Shown here: piece by piece, positions 47,786 through 57,812 of the stretch | Layout of the letters: the number at the start of each line of letters is the position of its first letter | Position numbering within the stretch: position 1 is the stretch's first letter | From: Chitinophagales bacterium | Lineage (GTDB): Bacteria > Bacteroidota > Bacteroidia > Chitinophagales > CAIOSU01 | DNA: 64,000 bases | Assembly: GCA_026003335.1 (NCBI GenBank) | Contig: BPHB01000001.1 | Span: forward strand, 320,591 to 384,590 | Reading direction: 5' to 3' | Position numbers and translations under genes: made by a program | Notes under the pieces: generated by a model | What the model was told of the DNA's origin: nothing | Seen by the model: only the letters and a program-made list of their open reading frames with translations | Databases searched by the model: none

Positions 47786-48824
47786 CGGTGTAGGTATGGT
47801 TTCCCCGCAGCTCACTACGGGCGGCCAGTTTCTGAATGCAGTGGTGGAAAGAGAGGATATAAAACTGCTTTGCACCGAACCCGACTACAGCACATGGTTT
47901 GATGCCCGCCAGCTCCGTAGAATGAGCAGGCTCACCCGCATCAGCCTCACCGCTGCCGTTGAGTGTATACGGGAAGCTGGCATTGACAGTCCCGATGCAA
48001 TAGTGACCGGCACCGGCCTGGGTTGTATGCAAGATTCTGCAGCTTTTCTCCGTCAAATGATCAGGCAACATGAAGAAGCCCTTTCCCCTACTCCATTTAT
48101 TCAGTCCACGCATAACACCATCAGCGCGGCAATAGCGCTCTATCTGAAGGCACACGCCTACAACCTGACCTGCTCTCACCGCGGCTTTTCCCTGGAAAGC
48201 GCACTCACTGATGCCCTGATGATGCTGAGCGAGGGGAAAAACCACATATTAACAGGAGCCTATGACGAAATTATTGAAGATAGCTTCGTGATTCAACAAC
48301 GCATGAACTTGTATAAAAAGCGAAGCATCCTCAATACCCGGCTGTTTGCCGATGCTACCGAGGGTACAATAGCAGGTGAAGGAGCCGCATTTTTTATGCT
48401 CAGCAACACATCGGGTAGTCATTGCTATGCACGTCTTCTTGCGGTGGAAACATTATACAAACCCGCTGACGTACAGCAAGTGCATGATTACATCCCACAC
48501 CTGCTGAACAGAAACAAGCTATCCCCTGATGATATTGACCTGTTGTTGCTCGGGAAAAACGGAGATGCCCGTCATGAAGATTTTTACCATCAGGCAGCAG
48601 CCGCTCTGCCCTTATCCGGCAAGGCGGCTTTTAAGCATTTATGCGGAGAGTTTCCCTCAGCAAGCGGCTTTGCATTGTGGCTGGGCTGTCAGATAATGAG
48701 AAATCAAACCGTGCCGGAAGTTGTGCAACTTACACCTTTTGAAAAAAAAGAAATTAAACATCTGCTTCTCTATAATCACTATAAAAAAATCAATCACGCC
48801 TTCATCTTATTGGCAGCATGCTGA
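47769..48824 (+). CDS. KS-like partner / chain-length-factor-like protein
   Basis: 351 aa with a thiolase-fold-like N-terminus 'VFINGVGMVSPQ' but without the canonical C-H-H motifs. Overlaps the upstream KS by 17 nt. Confidence 0.6.
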   Translation: MSVFINGVGMVSPQLTTGGQFLNAVVEREDIKLLCTEPDYSTWFDARQLRRMSRLTRISLTAAVECIREAGIDSPDAIVTGTGLGCMQDSAAFLRQMIRQHEEALSPTPFIQSTHNTISAAIALYLKAHAYNLTCSHRGFSLESALTDALMMLSEGKNHILTGAYDEIIEDSFVIQQRMNLYKKRSILNTRLFADATEGTIAGEGAAFFMLSNTSGSHCYARLLAVETLYKPADVQQVHDYIPHLLNRNKLSPDDIDLLLLGKNGDARHEDFYHQAAAALPLSGKAAFKHLCGEFPSASGFALWLGCQIMRNQTVPEVVQLTPFEKKEIKHLLLYNHYKKINHAFILLAAC

Positions 48825-49594
48825 ACTATAAAACCTCCACCGCCACTGTTTTGCTTCTCCTGGTTGCTCTTACAATGATTAATTTCTTCGTCACCCGCGT
48901 GCCGCTTTACATTTTTTTTATCGTCATGGGCCTGTACCTGCTGCTGCTGGTTTTAGGCTCGGCCTTCATCGGTATGCACTTTTATTTGCCTTCCGTATGC
49001 CATGGCAGGCGTGCAGAAAAAAAAATAGCCCTTACTTTTGATGACGGCCCTTCAGAAAGCCATACCCCGATTATTCTAGACATACTACAAAATCAAAAGG
49101 TCCCGGCTGCTTTTTTCTGTATAGGTAAAAATGTGGAGCGTTATCCCGAACTTGCCAGCCGCATCGTGTCTGATGGCCATATTATAGGGCATCATAGCTT
49201 TTCGCACGATTTTTGGTTTGACTTGTTTGCCGCTGTAAAAATGAAAAAGGAGATGGACATAACTGCCCGTCTGATAGAGGATGTCACTGGACGCTATCCT
49301 TTGCTTTTTCGCCCTCCGTATGGTGTTACGAATCCCAATTTGGCGAAGGCGCTGCGCATGAGCCGGTTTATTCCTATCGGATGGAGCCTACGTTCCAATG
49401 ACACGGTAATCAGAACTCCGGAAAAACTCCTGCATCGGCTGCTGGGCAAACTCCGCGCAGGTGACATAATTTTACTGCATGACCATGGACTACAAACTAC
49501 CCATATTTTACCTGAATTTATCAGGGAGGCACAAAATGCGGGTTTTACTTTTGTTAGTCTGGATGAATTAACCGGCCTGAAACCTTATGCATAA
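48818..49594 (+). CDS. membrane-anchored polysaccharide deacetylase (NodB homology domain)
   Basis: Two N-terminal TM helices, with 'LTFDDGP' and 'HHSFSHD' motifs. Confidence 0.8.
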   Translation: MLNYKTSTATVLLLLVALTMINFFVTRVPLYIFFIVMGLYLLLLVLGSAFIGMHFYLPSVCHGRRAEKKIALTFDDGPSESHTPIILDILQNQKVPAAFFCIGKNVERYPELASRIVSDGHIIGHHSFSHDFWFDLFAAVKMKKEMDITARLIEDVTGRYPLLFRPPYGVTNPNLAKALRMSRFIPIGWSLRSNDTVIRTPEKLLHRLLGKLRAGDIILLHDHGLQTTHILPEFIREAQNAGFTFVSLDELTGLKPYA

Positions 49595-50216
49595 ACTTCT
49601 GTTGCTTGTTACTGTTTTTTGTAGCCCTCTGCCGGGAATAACCCAGCACTATAGTCCGATAAAAAATCCGGATACTTTCAAAGCCGCTTTTCAGCAGGCT
49701 TCCGCGGGCATCAGCAGCCTGAGAAGTGAATTCACTCAGGAAAAACAACTTAGCCTGCTTTCGGAGACACTGCGCTCTACAGGAGTTTTTTATTTTAAAA
49801 AAGAAAACAAAGTACGCCTGGAATATCAGCAGCCCTTTCAATATCTGATGATAATCCAAGGCGCACAGATGGTTATCAAAGATGAGCAGCATACCAGCAA
49901 GATTGATGTGCAATCCAGCAGAATGCTGCAGCAGGTGAATCGTATCATGCTTGACTGTGTGCAGGGCACGGTATTTTCCAACCCCGATTTTCGCGTAACC
50001 ATTTTTGAAAGCCCGGAAGATTATAAACTGCAAATGATACCGCAAACAAAAGGTTTGAAAGATTTCTTTGATAGCATTGACATTTACATCAGCCGAGAAG
50101 ATTTTTCTGTAAAACGGATTCAAATGAACGAAACCGGAGGTGATTATACTCTGATATCCTTTAAAAACAAACAACTGAATGAGACGCTTCCGGATGAGCT
50201 GTTTGCAGTTCAGTAG
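49587..50216 (+). CDS. LolA-like outer-membrane lipoprotein carrier protein
   Basis: Signal peptide 'MHKLLLLVTVFCSPL'. The 'FTQEKQLSLLSETLRSTGVFYFKKENKVRLEY' pattern matches LolA-family proteins of APE clusters. Confidence 0.7.
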   Translation: MHKLLLLVTVFCSPLPGITQHYSPIKNPDTFKAAFQQASAGISSLRSEFTQEKQLSLLSETLRSTGVFYFKKENKVRLEYQQPFQYLMIIQGAQMVIKDEQHTSKIDVQSSRMLQQVNRIMLDCVQGTVFSNPDFRVTIFESPEDYKLQMIPQTKGLKDFFDSIDIYISREDFSVKRIQMNETGGDYTLISFKNKQLNETLPDELFAVQ

Positions 50217-50814
50217 TCTGTGTTTTATTTTTTACTCCTGCCAGGTGCAGAAAAGCCTGACACCAGAGCTTACAACCGAGCCATGTATATTCCGCCTCAC
50301 AGATTCCCACGAAACGGTGATTTACAATACAAAAATTGATTTCAGGGATCAGCATTATTCGGGCTTGCTATTGCTGAAAACCATTAACAACGAGAGGCGG
50401 GCAGTATTTACCAATGAAATGGGGTTCAAATATTTTGATTTCAGCTTTCCCTCCAGCGGTGGCTTCAGAGTGGAGTATAGCATTCCTCCGCTCAAACGCA
50501 GGTTTTTGCTGCACATACTGCGTGCCGACATTGCTCTGCTGATGATCAGAGGTTTCTATCACAATACGTTTTGCTCCATACAAAAGGGCGATACTATCAT
50601 CTTATCGGAAAAAGGAACCAGAAAATACACAACCTATTTTGCGGATAGCACTTGCACACGTGTACAGAAAGGGGCATTTTATTCAGGAAAGAGGCTAAAA
50701 GCCAGTGCAATTTTTGGAGGCGATCAGTACATGCCCCCCGATTCTGTAAAGATTCTCCATCATGGCATCGACCTTACTATTCAGTTCCTAAAAATGAAAC
50801 AGCAGCAGAACTAA
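50194..50814 (+). CDS. hypothetical lipoprotein (DUF3261/ApeN-like position)
   Basis: 'MSCLQFSSLCFIFYSCQ' lipobox-like signal. It sits after the LolA-like gene, as in aryl-polyene clusters. Confidence 0.5.
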   Translation: MSCLQFSSLCFIFYSCQVQKSLTPELTTEPCIFRLTDSHETVIYNTKIDFRDQHYSGLLLLKTINNERRAVFTNEMGFKYFDFSFPSSGGFRVEYSIPPLKRRFLLHILRADIALLMIRGFYHNTFCSIQKGDTIILSEKGTRKYTTYFADSTCTRVQKGAFYSGKRLKASAIFGGDQYMPPDSVKILHHGIDLTIQFLKMKQQQN

Positions 50815-50879
50815 TCAAAAACTCTTATAACTTCATGCCGGCATTTATTGGTTTAATAGGATGATTTGCTACATTCAGT

Positions 50880-51266
50880 ATGACAGCTATGTTATTGAAT
50901 GATTTTTACAAAATAGAAACTATAGCCGAAGGTGAGCCAGGCAGGAAATTCATGGCCAGCATTTCTTTCAACACACAGCACTCTATATTTTCGGGACATT
51001 TTCCGGGTATGCCGGTAGTGCCCGGTGTGTGTCTGGTGAAGATAACAGGTGAACTGATAAGCCGGCATACTGGCAGATATTATCGCTTGTTAGAAGCTGA
51101 CAGCATAAAATTTATCCGGTTCGTAACTCCCAAAGAGATTAAAAATCTTCATTTTGAAATCACCTTTGTCCCAGAAGGAAACTTGCTGACGGTGACGGGT
51201 ACCGCATTTCTTGACCAGCTTATTTATTTCAAACTAAAGGGAAAATACAGTGAAGCACCCCGTTGA
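50880..51266 (+). CDS. FabZ/FabA-like 3-hydroxyacyl-ACP dehydratase
   Basis: 'FSGHFPGMPVVPGVCLVKITGEL' hotdog dehydratase motif. Confidence 0.8.
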   Translation: MTAMLLNDFYKIETIAEGEPGRKFMASISFNTQHSIFSGHFPGMPVVPGVCLVKITGELISRHTGRYYRLLEADSIKFIRFVTPKEIKNLHFEITFVPEGNLLTVTGTAFLDQLIYFKLKGKYSEAPR

Positions 51267-52446
51267 CTACAAGGAAACATTCCGGCAACATCGTTGCTGT
51301 GTGCTAATTCCAACTTACAACAATGCCTCTACTTTGGAAAAAGTGCTGCTTTCGGTCTTGGAATATTGCGATGATGTAATCGTGGTCAATGATGGCTCAA
51401 CCGACCGGACAGCCGAAATCCTTGCCGGCATCAGTGGCATTCAGGTGATTTCCTACCCAAAAAACAGAGGTAAAGGGTATGCATTGCGTAAAGGTTTTGT
51501 GTACGCTTCGCAAAAGGGCTACCGTCATGCCATAACCATGGATTCAGACGGACAACACGCTGCATCTGATTTACCTCTTTTTCTGAACAAACTGGAGACC
51601 TCTTCGGCAGAAATGATAATCGGTGCCCGCAATATGACGATAACGGCAAATGTGCCCGGAAAAAGCAGTTTCGGTCACCGCTTTTCCAATTTTTGGTTCA
51701 AGGTAGAAACCGGTATTGATGCCCCGGACACGCAATCGGGGGTACCGGTTGTATCCGCTTTATGCAATGAAAAATATGCGCTTCTTCTCCGTAAGGTATG
51801 AGTTTGAGATAGAGGTATTGGTGCGCCTGGCATGGAGAGGAGTACATTTTGATTTTGTACCTATTACTGTCTATTATCCACCCAAAGAACAACGCATTAC
51901 CCATTTCCGCCCCTTTGCGGATTTTGCGCGCATCAGCCTGCTGAATACTGTGTTGGTGCTGATAGCCTTTTTGTACATTCGCCCGCGTAATCTTTACCGA
52001 AGCCTAACGGAAAAAAAAACTTTCGTTCATTCCTCAGGCTGCTCTTTTTTGACAAAAACGAAACTATTCTCAGCAAGGCATTATCGGTGGGGCTTGGCGT
52101 ATTTGTAGGGATAGCTCCGATATGGGGGTTTCAGATTCTTACGGGATTGTTTCTCGCTTTTATATTCAGGCTCAACCGCGCGATCGTTCTGATCAGCTGT
52201 AATATCAGCCTGCCACCATTCATTCCCATTATCATTTATCTGAGCTATGTTTTTGGAGCCGTATGGATGGGCGACCACGCCTTGCCGGTAACTTTCAGCT
52301 TTGATATTTCACTTGAAACCATAAAATTGAGCCTGAAGCAATATGTGGTAGGGGCATTGATGCTGGCAACTGTTGCCGGCATGGCATCCACACTGATCAG
52401 CTACGCAGTTTTGTTTCTGTGGTCAAAAAAGCAATTAGTCGAATAA
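51250..52446 (+). pseudogene. family 2 glycosyltransferase fused to DUF2062, interrupted by two homopolymer frameshifts
   Basis: The GT2 motifs 'VLIPTYNNA', 'VNDGSTDRT' and 'MDSDGQH' end at 'DTQSG', then the frame breaks at G5 (51738-51742). Removing one G gives 'DTQSGYRLYPL...'. A second break occurs at A9 (52011-52019); adding one A gives '...LTEKKNFRSFLRLLFFDKNETILSKALSVGLGVFVGIAPIWGFQ' (DUF2062). Confidence 0.65.
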
Positions 52447-52456
52447 GAGAAATCGT

Positions 52457-55400
52457 ATGATTGCGGGGCTTTACAGGTTTTTCAGTCAACATCGTTGGCT
52501 GCTTGCAGTTATGATAACTGTCCTCACGGGAGTGCTGCTATTTCTTGCTGCACAGATAAAGATTGAAGAAGACATCACCCGCTTGTTCCCGGATGATCCG
52601 AAGGTAGAGAAACTTAATAAAGTTTTTAACAACTGGCGCTTTTCAGAGCGCATTACACTGATTGTTTCAGAAAAAGATACCTCGCATCCTGCACAGCCAG
52701 ATTCGCTGATAGCTTTTGCTGATACCCTTTACAGCCGACTCAACAAAGAGCTATCGGAATATGTGACCGATGTGCAATATCGCATGGACGAGCAACTTAT
52801 GTCCAAAATGCATGCCCTGATACAATCCCACCTGCCGATCTATCTGGAAGATGAAGACTACCGGAAAATAGATTCGCTCCTTGCTCCTTCGCAATTGAAA
52901 AGCACACTGCAAAACCAGCTAAAAATACTGATGACGCCAGCCGGTGCTACCTTAAGAAAAATGCTGATGACTGACCCCTTGGGCATAACCTATCTTCCAT
53001 TGAAACGCTTTCGGGAATCTCAGCAAAACAGGCAGTTTAAAATCATCAGTGATTGTATCTTCTCAAAAGATGAGCGTAATCTGTTACTGTTTATCTACCC
53101 CTCCACGCGGGCCAATGAAACCCGAAGAAACAGCGAGTTAATCAGTCGCCTGAATAATCTTATAAGCGACATGCAATCTGAGACCTACTCAGTGGAATAT
53201 TTCGGCACACCCGCCATTGCCGTAGCTAATGCGCGTCAGATTAAACGGGATATCTATTTTACTCTTGGCATTACCCTGCTGGTGCTCATTGTATTTATCG
53301 GATTTTTCTTCAGAAGCAAACTGGCACCACTGATTATGCTGCTGCCGGTGCTTTTCGGAGTTGTTTTTTCACTGGCAATGGTTGTCCTCATTCAGGGTAC
53401 TATTTCCGGCATTGCCATCGGTGCCGGAGCAGTGGTATTGGGTATCGCTGTAAACTACTCCCTGCACATTTTCACTCATTACCGCCAAACTCCTCAGATG
53501 GAAGCTGTTATTGCTGAAGTAGCCCACCCCATGCTGTTGGGTATGTTTACCACTGCGGGTGCTTTCTTCTTCCTTCAGGTGCTGGAATCACAAATATTAC
53601 AAGACTTTGGTTTGTTTGCCGGCTTTGCCCTTACAGGAGCATTGTTTTTTTCACTGGTGGTATTGCCGCATTGCATTCCAGGCTCGTCTGCTAAACAAAA
53701 CACAACTAATGCATCCGGGCATACTCTCCTGGATAAGCTTTCCACGCTCAGACCGGAGTACAACTACGCCCTGATAGGGGCTATCCTGCTCATCACGGGT
53801 GTGCTGGCATTTTTTGCCACTCGTGTTTCCTTTGATGGGGACATGACCAAGCTCAACTTTATGGATAAGAAGCTTAAAGAAGCTGAAGCCAGGCTAAACC
53901 GCCTCATGGGTTCGGAAGAAAAGAAAATAGCTTTTGTTTCCACAGGTGCTACACTAAACAAGGCTCTGCAAAACAGCAAAAAATTGCAAGACTCGCTGGA
54001 CTCCATGAAGCAACAACACATCATAAAAAATTATTCTTCCGTATCGGGAATAATCCCATCATGGGAGCTTCAGCAGGAAAGAATCAGAAAGTGGGAAAAT
54101 TTCTGGAGGGTGGAAAAAATACAGCAAACTCAAGCAGCACTGACAGAAGCGGCAAGTGCATTAAAATTCCGCGAAGGAGCCTTTAACGATTTTCTTGCCC
54201 TGCTTGACCGCAAATTTGAGCCCATTACTCCGGATTCCCTGCTCACCCTGCCCGAGATTTTTGGCGACTATGTGATTCGTATGCCCGGCTTTTCTGCAAT
54301 TATTTCCACAGCCGATATTACACCCGGACAACGGGAAAACCTGTTTAACCGCATTTTGCAAACCAACGACAACTTCATTCTGGACAAACAGCTTGTCACC
54401 GCTAAGTTTATAGAAATCATCCGGGATGATTTTAACCTGATTTTAGGATTTACCTCCCTCTTTGTGCTGTTTATGCTATATGCCGCACACGCAAGAATTG
54501 AACTTGCTCTTATCACTTTTATTCCGATGACTTTAAGCTGGATATGGATTTTAGGCCTCATGGGGCTTACTCACCTGAATTTTAATATCGTTAATATCAT
54601 TCTGTGCACGTTCATCTTTGGGTTGGGCGATGATTTCAGCATATTCATCACCGATGGACTCATTCAGGAATACAAAGCAGGTAAAAAAAGCCTTTCCTCC
54701 ATAAAAGTCTCTAACTATCTTGCCGCAATCACCGTCATACTGAGTCTGGGAGCATTATTGTTTGCCGGTCATCCAGCTCTGAAGTCTATAGCATTCACTG
54801 CCATCATCGGCCTTTTTTGTGTATTGTTCATCTCCCAGACTCTCATTCCCTTCTTTTTTCGTATTCTGATTACCAACCGCACTGCGAAAGGGTTGCGCCC
54901 ACTCACTGCCTCAGGCATCTTCATATCGGCATTTGCATTCACTTACTTTGTTATCGGAAGTTTTCTGCTCACCCTGCTGGGGCTCGTTACTCTTTATCTG
55001 CTTCCGCTGAAAAAAGAAAAGTGCAAATACCTGTTTCATGTTCTGCTTTGCAAATTTGTATGGAGCCTGGTGTATCTTATGGTGCACGTAAAGAAAAAAT
55101 ACATCGGGTTGGAGCATACCGATTTCTCAAAGCCGGCAATTTTCATTTGCAATCATCAATCTTTTTTGGATATTCTGGTTACCGTAATGACGCACCCGAA
55201 GCTGATTTTGCTGGTAAACGATTGGGTTTATCATTCTCCGGTTTTCGGCAAAGTAGTGAAAATGGCTGACTATTATTGGATAGGACAAGGTGCGGAAAAC
55301 AGCCTGGAACACATTCGTGAACGAGTAAAAAATGGCTACTCGGTCGTGATTTTCCCGGAAGGTACACGCTCTCCCGATGGTGTTATCCGCAGGTTTCATA

Positions 55401-56317
55401 AGGGGGCTTTTTATTTGTCTGAAAAACTAAATCTGGATATCCAGCCTTTCTTGCTGCATGGTACCGGTGACCGTATGAAAAAAGGCGACTTTCTGCTCAC
55501 CGGTGGACCCATGACTATGAAATTTCTCCCGCGCATTTCACCCCGGGATTTGTCTTATGGAACTTCTTACAGCGAACGTGCCAAAAACATCAATCGCTAT
55601 TTCAGGCAGGAATATGACAAATTGAAAGCTGAAATTGAAAGCCCTCAATATTACAGTTCTCTGCTCATAAGTAATTACCTCTATAAAGGGCCGGTGGTAG
55701 AGTGGTATATACGGGTGAAAATAAAATTGGAAAATTATTATCATCCCTATCATGCACATCTGCCGCGTAATGCCAGCATCGTGGATTTAGGCTGCGGATA
55801 TGGTTATACAGATTACCTGCTTTACTTTGCATCCAATGACCGTAAAATTATCGCGGTGGACTATGATAGGGAGAAAATTACTGTGGCCAGTCACTGTTTT
55901 TCAGCCAATCCGCATGTACGATTTTATTGTGATGATATTCGCAGTTTCCCCCTTCCCCGAGCAGACGCGTTTATACTCAATGACGTATTACATTATCTCA
56001 AACCTGACGAGCAGGAACATCTGATTCTCAAATGCATGCGTCATTTGAATGAAAACGGCAAAATATTTATCAAAGATGCCGATGCAGGCAACAGACAGCG
56101 CCATCTGGTCACACGGCTGACGGAAATCATCTCTACAGGTTCAGGCTTTAACCGTAAAAGCAAGAGTCTATACTTCGTGCCCCTGCAAAAATTTCAAGAC
56201 ATCGCAGAAAATATGGGCTACTCTATTCAGATAATCAGTGAGTCGCCCTATACATCCAATAAAATCATGATAGTCAGCAAATCAACGGCCTCAATCACAA
56301 CCGGTCATGCAATATGA
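52457..56317 (+). CDS. triple-domain protein: MMPL/RND-like exporter + PlsC-type acyltransferase + class I SAM methyltransferase
   Basis: 1286 aa. Two ~6-TM bundles separated by soluble loops span aa 1 to ~800. Next come 'FICNHQSFLDILV' (HX4D, nt ~55151) and 'FPEGTRS' (nt ~55342). The methyltransferase follows with 'VDLGCGYGY' (nt ~55781), 'AVDYD' and 'DAFILNDVLHYL'. Confidence 0.8.
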   Translation: MIAGLYRFFSQHRWLLAVMITVLTGVLLFLAAQIKIEEDITRLFPDDPKVEKLNKVFNNWRFSERITLIVSEKDTSHPAQPDSLIAFADTLYSRLNKELSEYVTDVQYRMDEQLMSKMHALIQSHLPIYLEDEDYRKIDSLLAPSQLKSTLQNQLKILMTPAGATLRKMLMTDPLGITYLPLKRFRESQQNRQFKIISDCIFSKDERNLLLFIYPSTRANETRRNSELISRLNNLISDMQSETYSVEYFGTPAIAVANARQIKRDIYFTLGITLLVLIVFIGFFFRSKLAPLIMLLPVLFGVVFSLAMVVLIQGTISGIAIGAGAVVLGIAVNYSLHIFTHYRQTPQMEAVIAEVAHPMLLGMFTTAGAFFFLQVLESQILQDFGLFAGFALTGALFFSLVVLPHCIPGSSAKQNTTNASGHTLLDKLSTLRPEYNYALIGAILLITGVLAFFATRVSFDGDMTKLNFMDKKLKEAEARLNRLMGSEEKKIAFVSTGATLNKALQNSKKLQDSLDSMKQQHIIKNYSSVSGIIPSWELQQERIRKWENFWRVEKIQQTQAALTEAASALKFREGAFNDFLALLDRKFEPITPDSLLTLPEIFGDYVIRMPGFSAIISTADITPGQRENLFNRILQTNDNFILDKQLVTAKFIEIIRDDFNLILGFTSLFVLFMLYAAHARIELALITFIPMTLSWIWILGLMGLTHLNFNIVNIILCTFIFGLGDDFSIFITDGLIQEYKAGKKSLSSIKVSNYLAAITVILSLGALLFAGHPALKSIAFTAIIGLFCVLFISQTLIPFFFRILITNRTAKGLRPLTASGIFISAFAFTYFVIGSFLLTLLGLVTLYLLPLKKEKCKYLFHVLLCKFVWSLVYLMVHVKKKYIGLEHTDFSKPAIFICNHQSFLDILVTVMTHPKLILLVNDWVYHSPVFGKVVKMADYYWIGQGAENSLEHIRERVKNGYSVVIFPEGTRSPDGVIRRFHKGAFYLSEKLNLDIQPFLLHGTGDRMKKGDFLLTGGPMTMKFLPRISPRDLSYGTSYSERAKNINRYFRQEYDKLKAEIESPQYYSSLLISNYLYKGPVVEWYIRVKIKLENYYHPYHAHLPRNASIVDLGCGYGYTDYLLYFASNDRKIIAVDYDREKITVASHCFSANPHVRFYCDDIRSFPLPRADAFILNDVLHYLKPDEQEHLILKCMRHLNENGKIFIKDADAGNRQRHLVTRLTEIISTGSGFNRKSKSLYFVPLQKFQDIAENMGYSIQIISESPYTSNKIMIVSKSTASITTGHAI

Positions 56318-57812
56318 TGTAATGATTGCAGGTGGCGGCTTAGGCGGATTGGTATGTGCCGGCATACTGGCACAGGAAGGCATGAGTGTGTGTGTGGTTG
56401 AAAAAAATAATCAACTGGGCGGAGCCCTCCAGAGCTTCAGAAGAGATCGCTGCACCTTTGATACCAGCGTGCACTACATTGGTGGTCTTGGGGAGGGTCA
56501 GACCCTCAACCGTTTGTTCCGCTATTTAAATATTCTGCCTGACCTCCGTTTGCGTAAGTATGATGATGATGGTTTTGACCACATTTTGTTCAAAGGAGAT
56601 CCGGTTGAATACAGACTTGCCCAGGGTTATACTAATTTCATTAAAAAACTCACAGAATATTTCCCTCGTGAAAAGGCAGCAATACAAAAGTATTGTGATG
56701 ACATACGCTACATTTGCCGTCAGTTTCCCATGTATAATCTGAATGCAGCCGATGGCTATGGGGACACGGCTGCCATGCATATAAACACGCGCGATTATCT
56801 TTCCTCCCTGACACAAAACAAAAAATTACAAAACGTACTTGCCGGCAATATACTGCTTTATGCAGGCAAGCCTGAAAGCACGCCACTGCACGTGCATGCC
56901 CTGGTAATAAACAGCTATATCGAAAGCAGTTGGAAATGCATTGACGGGAGCGACCATATTATCAAATTGCTCATCCGAAATATAAAGCGTGCCGGAGGCC
57001 ATATTATAAAAGGCAATGCCGTAGTCGGCCTCGTTGCTTCAGGAAACAATTTAACACACGCTATACTGGAAAACGGAGAGCACATTCATGCACGAAATTT
57101 TATCTCCGGCATGCATCCTTTGCAAATGCTGCAAATGGTAGACAGTCCGCTCATTAGACCCGCTTTCCGCAAACGACTTGCTTCGCTGGAAAACACCCCC
57201 TCGGCTTTTCTGGTGTATGTGGCCATGAAAAAAAATACATTCCCTTACCGAAACTACAACCTGTACGTCTACAATACCTCTGACGTATGGCAGACAATGC
57301 GTTATCGCCCGGAAGAGTGGCCTGCAAGCTATGCTATTTTCTATAACGGCATTCCGGAGAATGAAACCTACACAGATGGTCTGGCTTTAATGACTTATAT
57401 GCATTATGACGAAGTAAAATACTGGGAGAATACCGTGCATACCACTCGCATTCCCCAAAGCCGTGGTTCAGAATATGAAAATTTTAAAAACCAGCGGGCT
57501 GAAAAACTGATTGAAGATGCAGCCACCGTCTTACCCGAACTGCGCCACTGTATAAGTGCATACCACACCGCCTCTCCCCTGTCATTTCGTGACTATACAG
57601 GATCTCCACAGGGTAGCATGTACGGCTTTCTGAAAGATTGCACAGATCCAATGAAAACCCTTATTCCGGTTAGAACCAAAATTCCCAACCTTCTTCTAAC
57701 CGGGCAAAATCTAAATTTGCATGGAGTGCTGGGAGTTGCAATCAGTGCCGTGGTGACTTGTGCTGAACTGATTGGGAAGGAATATCTGCTGAACAAGATT
57801 AAAAATGCTTAA
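56307..57812 (+). CDS. phytoene-desaturase-family NAD(P)/FAD-dependent oxidoreductase
   Basis: 'YDVMIAGGGLGGLVCAGILAQEG' dinucleotide-binding motif; 501 aa amine-oxidase fold. Confidence 0.8.
   Translation: MQYDVMIAGGGLGGLVCAGILAQEGMSVCVVEKNNQLGGALQSFRRDRCTFDTSVHYIGGLGEGQTLNRLFRYLNILPDLRLRKYDDDGFDHILFKGDPVEYRLAQGYTNFIKKLTEYFPREKAAIQKYCDDIRYICRQFPMYNLNAADGYGDTAAMHINTRDYLSSLTQNKKLQNVLAGNILLYAGKPESTPLHVHALVINSYIESSWKCIDGSDHIIKLLIRNIKRAGGHIIKGNAVVGLVASGNNLTHAILENGEHIHARNFISGMHPLQMLQMVDSPLIRPAFRKRLASLENTPSAFLVYVAMKKNTFPYRNYNLYVYNTSDVWQTMRYRPEEWPASYAIFYNGIPENETYTDGLALMTYMHYDEVKYWENTVHTTRIPQSRGSEYENFKNQRAEKLIEDAATVLPELRHCISAYHTASPLSFRDYTGSPQGSMYGFLKDCTDPMKTLIPVRTKIPNLLLTGQNLNLHGVLGVAISAVVTCAELIGKEYLLNKIKNA

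Noticed and set aside
47694-48245. 183-aa minus-strand ORF across the KS/KS-like junction; also 36455..36996 opposite the first KS
   Set aside because: These are antisense to ORFs with clear KS catalytic motifs and have no features of their own.
47769-48824. KS-like ORF (and the 45647 ORF) considered as candidates for DarB/DarA
   Set aside because: The sequence resembles KS/CLF-type elongation-KS partners, not FabH-like KS III. The small ORF resembles the KS N-terminal-like accessory proteins of APE clusters. Neither fits the dialkylresorcinol enzymes.
49554-50174. 206-aa minus-strand ORF opposite the LolA-like gene
   Set aside because: The plus-strand ORF has a signal peptide, LolA-like sequence and start/stop coupling with its neighbours. 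A minus-strand gene would interrupt a uniformly plus-strand operon.
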